Notes: a model not told the origin generated them from the letters alone. 32,000 nt of DNA from Mesoplasma florum L1 (GCF_000008305.1 NC_006055.1:1-32000); one strand, 5' to 3'. Shown: positions 1-14,632, numbered from the stretch's first letter. Made by a program: numbers and translations.

Positions 1-1332
1 ATGGAAACAAAAGCACTTTGAGAAAAATTAATTAATAAGTTAAAGAAGGAAAAATTAATAGATCAAGACATTATTGAAGAATATATTGTTACTTCAGAAT
101 TAATTAAAATTTCAAATACAGAGTTCGTAATCCTTGTTAGATCTAATCTTGGTGTAACTATTTTAAATGAATTTAAAGAAGTATTTGTGTACGAATTTAA
201 ATCAGTTTTAAACAGTTATGTGTCTGTTGATTTTTTAACTAAAGAAATTTTTGAGAAAAATACAAAAAAAGAGAATAAAAAAGAACCCATAAATACTGTT
301 TTATCTGAAAATGCACTTACTTTTGAGAATTTTATAGTTGGGTCAAGTAATAAACAAGCTAATTTAGCTGCTAAAAATGTTGTTGCAAACCCTGGTATGA
401 GTTTTAATCCTTTATTTATTTATGGAGATTCAGGACTGGGTAAAACACATTTATTACAAGCTATTAAAAATCAAGCAGAATTAAATGGAAAAAAAGTTTT
501 ATATTTAACATCTGAAGAATTTACAAAAAGAATTGTTAATGCTTTAAACAAAGGTGATTTAAGTGAAATAGAAGAATTAAAAACTGAGATAAATTCTAAT
601 GAATTCTTTATTTTAGATGATGTTCAATTTTTAAGTAAAAAAGATAAAACAAACGAGTTTTTCTTTAACATTATTAACAATTTTACTGAAAATGGTAAAC
701 AATTAGTTTTTTCTAGTGATAAAACTCCTGAATTGTTAAATGGTTTTGATAAAAGAATGATAACTAGATTTAATTCAGGTTTATCAACACCTATTAATGC
801 TTTAGATATTCCAACTGCCAAATTGATAATTGAAGCTGAAATTAAAAAACAAGGTTTAAAACAAAAAATTAAAGAAGATGCCGTTGTTTACTTAGCTCAA
901 AACTTTAGCGATGATGTTAGAAAAATTAAAGGTTTAGTTAATAGATTACTTTTCTTTGGTATTCAAAACGATTTAGGTCACATAATTGATTTGGAAGATG
1001 TTATTGACTTATTTAAAGATACACCTTCAGCTAATTTAGGATTATTAAATGTTAAAAAAATTAAAGAAGTTGTTGCTAAAAAATATGATGTTACTATAAA
1101 AGCCATCGATGGTAAAGCAAGAACAACTGCTATAAAAAATGCTAGACATCTTTCTATGTATTTTGCAAAAATAATTTTAAACCATACATCAACTCAAATT
1201 GGTGCAGAATTTGGTGGAAGAGATCATAGTACAGTTTTAAGTGCTATTTCGCGTATTGAAAAATTAATATATAAAGAAAAAGAATTCAAAAAAATAGTTG
1301 AGTCTTTAAAAAACGAAATAATAGGAAAATAG
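1..1332 (+). CDS. dnaA: Chromosomal replication initiator protein DnaA (443 aa); ATG at base 1, in-frame TGA read as Trp
   Basis: Frame is open from ATG at 1 (METKALWEKLINKLKKEK...) into the track ORF at 187. AAA+ Walker A GDSGLGKTHLLQAI, Walker B FFILDDVQFL, and C-terminal DnaA-box-binding signature GGRDHSTVLSAISRIE. Confidence 0.97.
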
Positions 1333-1357
1333 ATGTAAATTCGCATCTATTTTTTTT
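1330..1357 (+). terminator. Intrinsic terminator of dnaA
   Basis: TAGATG-taaattcg-CATCTA stem followed by a T-run; it overlaps the stop codon. Confidence 0.6.
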
Positions 1358-1358
1358 G

Positions 1359-1500
1359 TGTGGAAAAGAAATTAAACTTGTTGAATAAAAAGTCATTTAA
1401 ACCTTTATTTACCGTTGTTTTATGAGTGTTTTCCACATATCAACTGCATTATAAATATTACTTATATAAAGAATAATATAATATATAAAAGCATGCGTAT
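1359..1500. promoter_or_regulatory. oriC: oriC-like dnaA-dnaN spacer with two DnaA boxes in opposite orientation (1359-1367 TGTGGAAAA; 1429-1437 TTTTCCACA) and an adjacent AT-rich tract (about 1449-1490)
   Basis: Boxes read directly; each is one mismatch from TTATCCACA or its complement. The position between dnaA and dnaN is classical for oriC. Confidence 0.7.
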
Positions 1501-1559
1501 TTCTTTTGTTTTTATTTTATAAATATGAGATAATATATATTGTAAATAAGAGGTGTTAT

Positions 1560-2681
1560 ATGAGATTAAGTATAAATAAATCAGTTCTATTAAATGAATT
1601 AACAAAGGCAAGTAAATTAATTGAACTTAAAAATGTTAACCCAGCATTACAAGGGGTTTATATGGAAGTTAGTTTTGATAAACTTGTTATAGTTTCATCA
1701 AACACGTCTACATCTTTTAAAGCTGAATTAAATAATGAAAACTCAGATTTAATCATAGAACAACCAGGACGTATATTAGTTAAACCTAAATTTATTTTAG
1801 AATTACTTAGAAAGTTAGACAGTGAGTTTGTAACACTTTCTACATTTGCTGAAAATGAATTAGAAATAATAACAGAAAAATCAAATTTAAAAGTTTCTAT
1901 ATTAAATGTAGAAGAATTCCCATTAATTGGTTTTGTTGAAAATGGTTTAGAATTATCTATTGATTCTCAAGAATTTAAAAGCACACTTACTCAAACTATT
2001 AGTTCAATTAATGAATGAAACCAAAAAGTTGTTTTAGCTGGAATGAATTTAAAAATAAAAGATAACAAAATATCATTTGTTACAACTGACTTATTTAGAG
2101 TTAGTTTAAAAGAAATCATTTTAAATGAAGCAACTAATCAGGAAGTAGATATTATTATTCCATACAAAACTTTAATAGAATTAAGAAACTTAATAGAAAA
2201 CGTTAAAGAATTTAAAATTATAATACATGATACTAATGCAACATTTAAATTAGATAATGATTTATTACAATCTACTTTAATTGATGGAAGATATCCAAAT
2301 GTTCATTCAGCATTCCCTACAACACATGAAATAAAATTAGAATTAAAAGCTAAAACATTATTAAAAGTTTTAAGTAGATTTGAATTAACAAACGATCAAA
2401 ACATTACTTCAGTTGTTAATTTAGAAATTCAACAAAGTGGAATTATATTAAAAACAACAATTGCTGAAACAGTTAAATATGAAGAAAAATTTACAGAATA
2501 TAAATATGAAGGTTCAAGTAATTTAAATATTAACTTTAATACAAAATATTTAATTGAAGCTATAAGAAGTTTTGATGATCAACTAATTCATTTAACTTTT
2601 AATTCTCAAAATAAACCTGTATTAATAACAGGAGCACAAAAAAGAGATTTGAAACAAGTAGTTTTACCAACTTATGCATAA
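1560..2681 (+). CDS. dnaN: DNA polymerase III beta subunit, sliding clamp (373 aa)
   Basis: Track ORFs 1506-2018 and 2043-2681 are in the same frame, joined through TGA=Trp (...INEWNQKVVLAGMNLK...). SD AGAGGTG before ATG 1560. Clamp motifs (LLDGRYPNVHSAFP-like, KRDLKQVVLPTYA C-terminus). Confidence 0.95.
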
Positions 2682-2687
2682 TAAAAA

Positions 2688-2717
2688 AATCAGGAAATTT
2701 CCTGATTTTATTTTTTT
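2688..2717. terminator. Intrinsic terminator of dnaN, overlapping the 3' end of the convergent gene
   Basis: AAATCAGGA-AATT-TCCTGATTT followed by a T-rich run. Confidence 0.7.
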
Positions 2718-3682
2718 GTATTATTAAACTTTAAAGAACCTTCAATATCTGAATATCCACGTTTTTTTGAAATAGTAACTGGGAAGTTAAAGAAATCTTC
2801 AAAGAAATCTTTAACACCACTTATACCAGCTAATTCACCAGTAACATATAATCCATTTTTAACAACACCACTTCTAACTAATGCTGAAGAATTTTCTAAA
2901 ACAGATGTTATTAAGCTTTTGTAGTTTGTAAAAGATTTAATGAAAATCTTTTTAAATTCTTCACTAACGCAAACAACACTTCTTCTTTCGTTAGTAATAA
3001 TATCTTTACCTACGATACTTAATTCTAATTCATCTCTTAATTTAATAATTGTTCCAAGTGATCATTTAATTTTTTCAATCATATCACTATCAACAGAAAT
3101 AGAATATTCTTCTTTAATAAATTGATTTAAAGAATCATCTAAAAATTTCTCAGCATAAATTGTTTCTTTTTCTTTAATTATTTTACCTTCAACAATTAAA
3201 GCAACTTTAGCGTAAGCTTGATTAATATCTAAAATTAATACTCCATATTCATCTTTAATATCTGCATTAGCACCTAAAGCAGAAAGTATTATTCTTGGAG
3301 AAAAAGAAATTGAAGCAAAGTTTGTATTCTCGCTAAATAAATTTTGGAAGAATTCTTGAATGAAGTCATTATCTGAGTTAGGACAAGATATAACAATTTT
3401 AGCTCCGTCAAATTCGTCTTTAAATCTTTCAACAAGAATTGTTACATATTGTTTAAAAATTTCTAAATCTTGAATAATGTACTTATCAAGAATATTAACA
3501 ACTTTTAAAGGATCATCTAGTCTACCAATAGTATTTTTAACATCACGACCATATAAAACAATTTCAGTTGTTAAAACGTTTCAACAAACTAAACTAAAGT
3601 CATCGTAAATTTTGCCTTTCTCAGATGAAATTATTCTTGTAAATTCTTCACCAAAAACTATTCCTATTTTTTTATCACTCAT
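2708..3682 (-). CDS. Divergent MreB-like actin-fold protein (324 aa), nucleotide-binding motifs degenerate
   Basis: Absent from the ORF track because of TGA=Trp codons. Manual minus-strand translation: MSDKKIGIVFGEEFTRIISSEKGKIYDDFSLVCWNVLTTEIVLYGRDVKNTIGRLDDPLKVVNIL...AKIVISCPNSDNDFIQEF...PRIILSALGANADIKDEYGVLILDINQAYAKVALIVEGKIIKEK...ELSIVGKDIITNERRSVVCVSEEFKKIF...VVKNGLYVTGELAGISGVKDFFEDFFNFPVTISKK. Colinear with MreB landmarks (VGxDAKxMIGR, VVICVPSG, AAAIGAN, MVVDIGGGTTEVAVISLGG, GRDLxTGLPKTIEI, GIVLTGGGALLRGL). SD GAGG upstream. Confidence 0.8.
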
Positions 3683-3707
3683 AATATTCCTCACTTTTCT
3701 CACATTA

Positions 3708-3722
3708 ATTATAGTATATAAT
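3708..3722. promoter_or_regulatory. Back-to-back -10 elements of the divergent promoters for the MreB-like gene (minus, 3708-3713) and rnmV (plus, 3717-3722)
   Basis: TATAAT on each strand in the 68-bp divergent spacer. Confidence 0.4.
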
Positions 3723-3750
3723 AAACTTAATGTTAGATATAGGTGAATTA

Positions 3751-4278
3751 ATGGCAAATGAAATAATTATTGTTGAAGGTAAATCAGATTCACAAAAATT
3801 AAAGAAAATTTATGGCGAAAATTTAATAACATTCGAAACAAATGGACTAGGAATTGATGATAAAAAATTAAATTCCATAAAAGAATTAAGTAAAAAAAAT
3901 AAAATTATAATTTTTACAGATCCAGACGGACCAGGTAAAAAAATTAGAGAAACAATAATTGAATTTTTAGATGTTGATGTTTTTAATGCATTTGTTTCAA
4001 AGCAAGATATTGATAAAAATTCTAAAAAAATAGGTTTAGCTGAAGCAAGTGAAGAAGCTATTAAAAAAGCTTTAGATAATTTAATTACATATAATAAAAA
4101 AAATATTTCAATTTCTTGAGATGAATATGTTAAAAATGATTTTTACATAAAAGCAAACAGAATTATAATTGCTAATCATTTTAATTTGAGTGAAGATATG
4201 AGTTCAAAGAGTTTATTCAAATGATTAAATTGAATGAATTTAAAAGTTAAAGATATAGAAAAAATAATAGGTGAGTAG
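3751..4278 (+). CDS. rnmV: Ribonuclease M5, Toprim domain (175 aa)
   Basis: MANEIIIVEGKSDSQKLKKIYG...KIIIFTDPDGPGKKIRETI...KIGLAEA; frame continues past the track stop at TGA=Trp to TAG 4276-4278. SD AGGTGA. Located upstream of rsmA as in other Firmicutes/mollicutes. Confidence 0.9.
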
Positions 4279-4279
4279 A

Positions 4280-5083
4280 ATGAAAGTTGAAGCAAAGAAA
4301 AAATTTGGTCAAAACTTTATTAGTGATCAAAATTTAATTAATAAGATAGTTTCAATATTAGGTAATGATAAAGATCAACTAATTATAGAAATTGGTCCAG
4401 GAACAGGAGCACTAACTAAATTACTTGCACAAAAATATAACAAAGTAGTAGCAATAGAAATTGATACTGACATGGAGCCTATTTTAAAAAAAGAAATAAC
4501 AAATGACAATTTCGAATTATTTCTTTCAGATGTGTTATTAGTTGATTTTGAAAAATTAATAAAAGAAAAAAGACAACATGAAAATCAAAAAGTTTCAATA
4601 ATTTCTAACATGCCTTACTATATAACAAGTGAAATACTTTTTAGAACATTAAATGTAAGTGATAAGTTAACAAAAGCTGTTTTTATGATGCAAAAAGAAG
4701 TTGCTATTAGAGTGTGTTCATATAAAGGCGAAAATAATTACAATAATCTTTCAGTTGCTTGTGAATTTTATGCAGATAAAAAATATGAGTTTACAGTTCC
4801 TAAACATATGTTCTACCCAGTACCGAAAGTGGATTCTGCAATAATATCATTAACATTCAACAATAAATACACTGAACAAATTAAAGACAAAGATAAATTC
4901 TTAACATTTTTAAGAAAAATATTTAATAACAGAAGAAAAACAATATTGAATAATTTATCAAATGTAACTAATGACAAAACAAAAGCTAATGAAATCCTTG
5001 ATAATCTTAATATTGATAAATCATTAAGACCTGAAGTAGTTGGTTTAGAAGACTTTATTAGAATTTACAACAAAACTAGATAA
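4280..5083 (+). CDS. rsmA: 16S rRNA (adenine1518-N6/adenine1519-N6)-dimethyltransferase (267 aa)
   Basis: KKKFGQNFISDQNLINKI, EIGPGTGALTKLL, SNMPYYITSEILFR; ATG 4280 has SD AGGTGAG overlapping the end of rnmV. Confidence 0.95.
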   Translation: MKVEAKKKFGQNFISDQNLINKIVSILGNDKDQLIIEIGPGTGALTKLLAQKYNKVVAIEIDTDMEPILKKEITNDNFELFLSDVLLVDFEKLIKEKRQHENQKVSIISNMPYYITSEILFRTLNVSDKLTKAVFMMQKEVAIRVCSYKGENNYNNLSVACEFYADKKYEFTVPKHMFYPVPKVDSAIISLTFNNKYTEQIKDKDKFLTFLRKIFNNRRKTILNNLSNVTNDKTKANEILDNLNIDKSLRPEVVGLEDFIRIYNKTR

Positions 5084-5096
5084 TATTTTGTAATTA

Positions 5097-5123
5097 AAAG
5101 TGGCTTCTTGCTACTTTTTTAAT
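5097..5123 (+). terminator. Intrinsic terminator of rnmV-rsmA
   Basis: AAAGTGGC-ttctt-GCTACTTT (one G:U pair) followed by a T-run. Confidence 0.65.
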
Positions 5124-5253
5124 TTTTATTTGTGCTAAAAACTTGAAATAAAGCAATTTAAGGGCATTTTTTAAGCATTTTATTAAAAATCAGTACTTTT
5201 TATGGGTTTTAACTCCATTGCCTGTTTTTATAGTAAAAATGGCTTAATTAATA

Positions 5254-5259
5254 TATAAT
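5254..5259 (+). promoter_or_regulatory. Candidate -10 of the gyrB-gyrA promoter
   Basis: TATAAT within a TA-rich tract about 43 nt upstream of the gyrB ATG. Confidence 0.35.
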
Positions 5260-5301
5260 ATATATTAAGGAAACTTAGAAAGAAACGGGTGAACAAATTA
5301 T

Positions 5302-7209
<1,908 letters not shown>

Positions 7210-7235
7210 ACAAAGAATAGAAAAGGTGAATTAAA

Positions 7236-9713
7236 ATGAGTGAAAAAAACTTAGAACATAACCACGGTATTATCAAGGGTATTGATATTGCTGCTGAGGT
7301 TAGAAAAGACTTTTTAGAATATTCAATGTCTGTTATTGTTAGTCGTGCGCTTCCAGACTTGAAAGATGGTTTAAAACCTGTTCACCGTCGTATTATTTAT
7401 GCGATGAATGACTTAGGTATTACTGCAGATAAACCACACAAAAAATCAGCACGTATTGTTGGGGAAGTTATTGGTAAGTACCACCCCCATGGTGATACAG
7501 CTGTTTATGATTCAATGGTAAGAATGGCTCAAGACTTTTCATACCGTTACCCATTAGTTGATGGACATGGTAACTTTGGTTCAATCGATGGTGATGGAGC
7601 TGCTGCTATGCGTTATACCGAAGCTAGATTAGCTAAAGTATCAAACTTCATCATTAAAGATATTGATATGAACACCGTTCCTTTTGTTGATAACTATGAT
7701 GCTAGTGAAAGAGAACCTGCTTATTTAACAGGATACTTCCCTAACTTATTAGCCAATGGAGCTATGGGTATTGCTGTTGGGATGGCAACAAGTATTCCAC
7801 CCCACAACTTAAGAGAAGTAATTAGTGCAATTCATGCTTTCATTGATAATAAAGACATTACAATTGATGAAATTTTAGATAACCACATTATGGGACCAGA
7901 TTTCCCAACAGGTGCGTTAATGACAAATGGAATCAGAATGCGTGAAGGTTATAAAACTGGTAGAGGTGCTGTAACTATTCGTGCTAAAGTAGCTCTTGAA
8001 GAAAATGATCGTCATGCAAGATTTATAATTACTGAAATTCCATACCAAACTAATAAAGCTAAATTAATTGAAAGAATTGCTGAATTGGTTAAAACAAAAC
8101 AATTAGAAGGTATCTCAGATATTCGTGATGAATCTAACTATGAAGGTATCAGAATTGTTATTGAATTAAGACGTGATTCAAATCCAGATGTTGTTTTATC
8201 TAAGTTATATAAATTTACTAACTTACAAACAACATATTCATTAAACTTATTATCATTACATAATAACATTCCTGTGTTATTGGATTTAAAATCAATTATT
8301 AAACATTATGTTGATTTCCAAATCAATGTAATTATTAAACGTTCAATTTTTGAAAAAGATAAAATTGAAAAACGTTTCCACATCTTAGAGGCTTTAGATA
8401 CTGCATTAGATAACATTGATGCTATTGTTAATATTTTAAGAAACTCACCAGAGTCAAACGAAGCTAAAATGAAATTAACAGAAGCGTTTGGATTTGATGA
8501 AGAACAAAACAAAGCTATCTTAGATATGAGATTACAACGTTTAGTTGGATTAGAACGTGGAAAAATTCAACAAGAAATGGCTCAAATCAAAGAAAGAATT
8601 GATTATTTAACATTATTAATTTCTGATGAAACAGAACAAAACAATGTTCTTAAAAATCAATTATCTGAAATTGCTGAAAAATTCGGTGATAACAGAAGAA
8701 CTGAAACAATTGATGAAGGATTAATGGACATCGAAGATGAAGAATTAATTCCTGATGTTAAAACAATGATTCTTTTAAGTGATGAAGGATATATCCGTCG
8801 TGTTGATCCAGAAGAATTTAGAGTTCAAAAACGTGGTGGTAGAGGAGTTAGTGTTAACTCATCTAATGAAGACCCAATTGTAATTGCTACAATGGGTAAA
8901 ATGCGTGACTGAGTATTATTCTTTACTAATTCAGGAAAAGTATTTAGAACAAAAGCATATAACATTAGACAATACTCACGTACAGCACGTGGATTACCAA
9001 TTGTTAACTTCTTAAATGGATTAACAGCTGGAGATAAAATTACAGCTATTCTTCCATTAAGAAATGTAAAAGAAAAAATGAATTACTTAACTTTCATTAC
9101 TGAAAAAGGAATGATTAAAAAAACAGATATTTCATTATTCGACAATATTAACAAGAATGGTAAGATTGCTATTAACTTAAAAGAAGATGATCAATTAGTA
9201 ACAGTATTTGCAACAACTGGAGAAGATACAATTTTTGTTGCTAATAAATCAGGAAAAGTTATTAGAATCCAAGAAAATATTGTTAGACCACTTTCAAGAA
9301 CAGCATCAGGAGTTAAAGCTATTAAACTTGATGAAAATGATGTTGTGGTTGGAGCAGTTACTTCATTTGGAATTGAAAACATAACAACTATTTCATCAAA
9401 AGGAAGCTTCAAGAAAACAAATATTGATGAATATAGAATTTCAGGCCGTAATGGAAAAGGAATTAAAGTAATGAACCTAAATGAAAAAACAGGTGACTTT
9501 AAATCAATTATTGCAGCTAGAGAAACTGATTTAGTATGTATTATTTCAACTGATGGAAACTTAATTAAAACTAAAGCATCAGACATTCCTGTTTTAGGAA
9601 GAGCTGCGGCGGGAGTTAGAGGTATTCGTTTAAGTGAAGGTAATAAAATTCAAGCAGTAATGCTTGAGTACCGTAAACATGGAGAAGAAAACCAAGAATT
9701 CGAAGAAGATTAA
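7236..9713 (+). CDS. gyrA: DNA gyrase subunit A (825 aa)
   Basis: [38 protein letters not shown]-type active site ([11 protein letters not shown]), C-terminal beta-pinwheel blades. ORFs 7236-8912 and 9078-9713 are in frame and joined by TGA=Trp. Confidence 0.97.
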
Positions 9714-9738
9714 AAAAGAGGGCAACCTCTTTTTTTTA
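9712..9738 (+). terminator. Intrinsic terminator of the gyrase operon
   Basis: AAAAAAGAGG-GCAA-CCTCTTTTTT. Confidence 0.85.
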
Positions 9739-9740
9739 TA

Positions 9741-9773
9741 AAGTATTTCGATAAAAACGAAATACTTTATAAT
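9741..9773 (+). promoter_or_regulatory. Promoter/operator candidate for the beta-glucoside PTS gene: perfect 10-bp inverted repeat abutting a -10
   Basis: AAGTATTTCG-ATAAAAA-CGAAATACTT (9741-9767), immediately followed by TATAAT (9768-9773). Confidence 0.5.
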
Positions 9774-9836
9774 TTTAAGATGCTAAAAGAAAAAGCTTTA
9801 TATTATGGGAAAATATTCCAGAAAGGAAATAGTTAT

Positions 9837-12362
9837 ATGGAAATAAAAATATATGCTCCTGTTGATTGTGAAGTTTTAACTATTGATAAATGTTCTGATA
9901 AAGCTTTTTCACAAAAACTATTAGGAGATGGGCTTCTTATTAAACCGAAAAAAGGTAACTTTACTTTGCCGTTTGATGAAGCTAAAACTATTATGGTATT
10001 TGATACAAAACACGCATATGGTTTTGACATTAGCGGTGTTGGTATTTTAATACATTGTGGGCTTGAAACAGTAAACTTAAATGGTGAACCATTTTCAACA
10101 AGTCTGCAACCAAACCAAACGGTTAAAAAGGGCGAAAAAATATTTGATGTTGATTTAAAAATTTTGAAAAACAAAAATATTTCTTCAGAAACTCCAATCG
10201 TATTTGATAAAAATGTAAAAATAAAAAATTTAAGGGAAGGTTCATATAAACAAGGTGAATTAATTTGTAATATTGAATTTTTAAATGAGAATAAAGATCA
10301 AGAAATTAAAATTGATTCATTAGAAGATTTTTTTAATGTAAAAAATAAATATCAAAAAATTGCTTTTGATATTAATAAATGTGTTGGTAATAAAGAAAAT
10401 TATAAAAATGTTTATAACTGTATGACAAGACTTAGATTTCAAATAAAAAACAAAGAATTAGTAAATGAAGAAGAACTTCAAAAAATTAGTCTTGTAAAAC
10501 AACTTGTTTGAAATGGGGCAGAACTTCAGGTAATTATAGGGCAAGAAGTTTATAAAGTAAAAGATGAAGTTGTTGCCCAAAATGAATTTGTTGAATCTGT
10601 TGTTAAAGATGCCAATAAAGAAAAAAAATCAATTATTGGTAAATTTATGCAATTAATTGGAGGAACCTTAATTAGACAAATTCCCGTAATGACTGGGTGT
10701 GGAATCATTCAAGCTTTAATGGCCTTGTTGGTTATTGGGGGTATTATGCCTTCAATAGTTACATCAGGAACACCTGGTGAAGGACAAATATCTTTATTTG
10801 ATCCTAATCTTAATGCAGGTTGAGTTGCCTTATTTATTATTGCTAGAAGCGCAACATACTTTGCAGGTATAGTTGTTGCATATTCAGCTAGTGAGTACTT
10901 CGGTTTAAATCCAATTTTAGGTATAACAATTGGTATTATTCTTTCATCTCCACTTATTTTCTTATATGGTGGTCCAAATGGAATTGGTGAGGAAAAACTT
11001 TGAATTAATTTAGGTGAATTAAATACAAACAACATACCATTTAATAATATAACTAGAATATTTAAGATAGCGCCGTTAGGGACGAAAGTATTTGTTATTA
11101 TGCCTGTTATTTGAATTGCATCAAAAATTAACACATGAGTGTTAAAATGAATGCCAACAGCTTTAGATTTAATGTTTAGACCATTTATTTTATTCTTGGT
11201 TTGTTCACTTGTTGGATTCTTCTTATTTGCACCTGTTTGATATACTTTTGAAGCTTTATTTGGTGCACTTATGTATTATGTAACTAGTGCACCATTAGGT
11301 ATTGGTGTAGGAATTTATGTAGGAATGTGACAACTTTGTGTTATTTTCGGATTACACGGTCCATTAGGAATAGCTGCTCAAGTTGAATATTTATCAAACG
11401 GAGGTTGATCATACCTTGCAATTGGTGGTTCAGTTTCAGTTTGAGCTCAAGTTGGGGCATTAATTGGAGTTGCTATTATAACAAGAGATAGTGTATTAAA
11501 AAATCAAGCTTGGGGAATGGTTCCTATGGGACTTTTAGGAATTACAGAACCAATACTTTATGGAATAAACCTTCCTAAAAAAAGACCATTAATAGCGGGT
11601 ATAATGGCTGCATTTATTGCTGGAGCATTTATGAATTGAATGGGTGTTTCTATGAGAGCTCAAACCGGAATAGGTGTATTTGAAGCTATTGGATTCTTTG
11701 CTGATCCTACAATGGGAGGAACGGCAACTTTAGGTGGATTACAAAACGGATTATTCTATATTTTTGGTTGCCTATTATCAGTTGGTTCTGCAATTGGTAT
11801 AACAATGTTAATTTATAAAGAAAGATTTGAAGAAAAATCTTTAGTTGCTAAAACAACAAGAAAAATGTTTAAATATGTTGTTAAAGAAAAAGATTTTGAA
11901 AAAGAATTAGCAAAAAACTTAAAAGAAAATCTTAATGAAATATCACAAACTTATACAAAAGAAGAAAATAAATTTATTAAGGAACAAGAAAAAAATATTC
12001 AACAATATTTAAAATTAGTTGCAAAAATAAATGAAAAAAATATTCAAAATGATGAAAAAATTGAAAAATGTTATAAAGAAGGAAAAAAAGCAATTAAATC
12101 AAATAATAATAGTAAAGCTTTATTAATGAAAGAAAAAATTGATTCTCTTTCAAAATTAGATCTATCAGATTTAGAAAGAGAAAAAAATGAATTAAAATCA
12201 AAAATAGACTTTAATGGAATTAATGAAATTAAAAATCAAAAACTAAAACTTATTAATGCTATTGTTGATAAAGTTGAAAAAGAAAATAATGTTGATTTAT
12301 CAAAATATAAAAATGAATACTCAAAAGATGTTGATTCATTGTTATTAAATTATGCTTTATAG
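9837..12362 (+). CDS. PTS sugar transporter EIIABC, glucose/beta-glucoside superfamily (841 aa), with a C-terminal coiled-coil cytosolic tail
   Basis: EIIA(Glc-like) domain (FDISGVGILIHCGLETVNLNGEPF), EIIB domain (NVYNCMTRLRFQIKN...WNGAELQVIIGQEVYKV), EIIC domain. ORFs 9780(ATG 9837), the intervening segment and 11640 are in the same frame through TGA=Trp. SD GAAAGGAA. Confidence 0.88.
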
Positions 12363-12375
12363 AGAGAATTAAAAA

Positions 12376-13837
<1,462 letters not shown>

Positions 13838-13839
<2 letters not shown>

Positions 13840-13872
13840 AATAGTGCTCTTTAAGGGCACTATTTTATTTTA
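13838..13872 (+). terminator. Intrinsic terminator after the first GH1 gene
   Basis: AAAATAGTGC-(9 nt)-GCACTATTTT followed by a T-rich run. Confidence 0.6.
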
Positions 13873-13897
13873 TAATTATAAAAGAATAGAGGTTTTT

Positions 13898-14632
13898 ATG
13901 AAAGAAAAAATGGCTTTTAGATTTCTTGAAGAAATAGCTGAACAAGATTTCAATTTAACTAATAAATTAATAGCTGAAACTTTATTAGAAAATGCTATGA
14001 AAGGTCATTTTTTAGCTCAAAAAGACGTTTGTGATAAATGCTTTGTATCTGCAAGTACAATAACTAAATTCTCTAAAACTTTAGGTTATGAAGGTTTTCG
14101 TGAACTTATATTTTCATTAAAAAATGAATATGACGTAATTGCTCAAAAGAAAAAAACAATTGATAAAATTAATATATTTGAATCCATTGAATCATGAATA
14201 ATTAATTCTAAAAATTTTATTGAAAATTTAGGAAAAAATATAATTAATTCTAAAAGAATTAATATTTATTATTCTTATTGTTTAAAAAGCAGTGCAGAGT
14301 CTTTATATGAAACAATTCTTGGAATAAATAAAGATGTTTTTCTTATAAATCATAATCAAATATCAATAATTAATCATCAATTAAGAACAGGTGATATAAA
14401 CATATTCTTAGTATCTGGAAAAGATAACCAAACCCTTCTGAAATACTATCAGTATATTTTGGCTAATCAAAAATCATCAAATTTTGTAATTGCTTCAAAA
14501 CTAAGTAATTGAGTAGAAAAAAATAACGATTTTGCTATAACTTTTGATATTGGTGATGATTTTTCTCTTTCTTTATATAGAAATATAGCTCTTCAATGCT
14601 TGACATTAGAGTTGTTAAAATTAATAGTTTAA
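13898..14632 (+). CDS. RpiR/MurR-type transcriptional regulator (244 aa)
   Basis: N-terminal HTH: MAFRFLEEIAEQDFNLTNKLIAETLLENA...DVCDKCFVSASTITKFSKTLGYEGFRELIFSLKNE, followed by a SIS-like region. The track start at 13751 is an upstream overextension; ATG 13898 has SD AGAGG. Confidence 0.75.

Noticed and set aside
1506-1559. N-terminal extension of dnaN (MFLFYKYEIIYIVNKRCY)
   Set aside because: ATG at 1560 has a proper SD (AGAGGTG) and matches the usual clamp N-terminus; the extension is the spacer.
2940-3125. Plus-strand ORF of 61 aa
   Set aside because: Antisense to the well-supported minus-strand MreB-like gene; low-complexity Leu/Ile/Ser translation and no SD.
5118-5301. Repetitive-looking A/T-rich leader upstream of gyrB (GGGCATTTTTTAAGCATTTT...)
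   Set aside because: No convincing fold or repeat unit beyond composition; likely ordinary promoter/UTR sequence.
8306-10174. Minus-strand ORFs at 8306-8512, 9191-9586 and 9833-10174
   Set aside because: Antisense shadows of gyrA and of the EIIA domain; no similarity to known proteins.
10709-11134. Minus-strand 141-aa ORF
   Set aside because: Lies antisense to the EIIC domain of the continuous 841-codon PTS frame.
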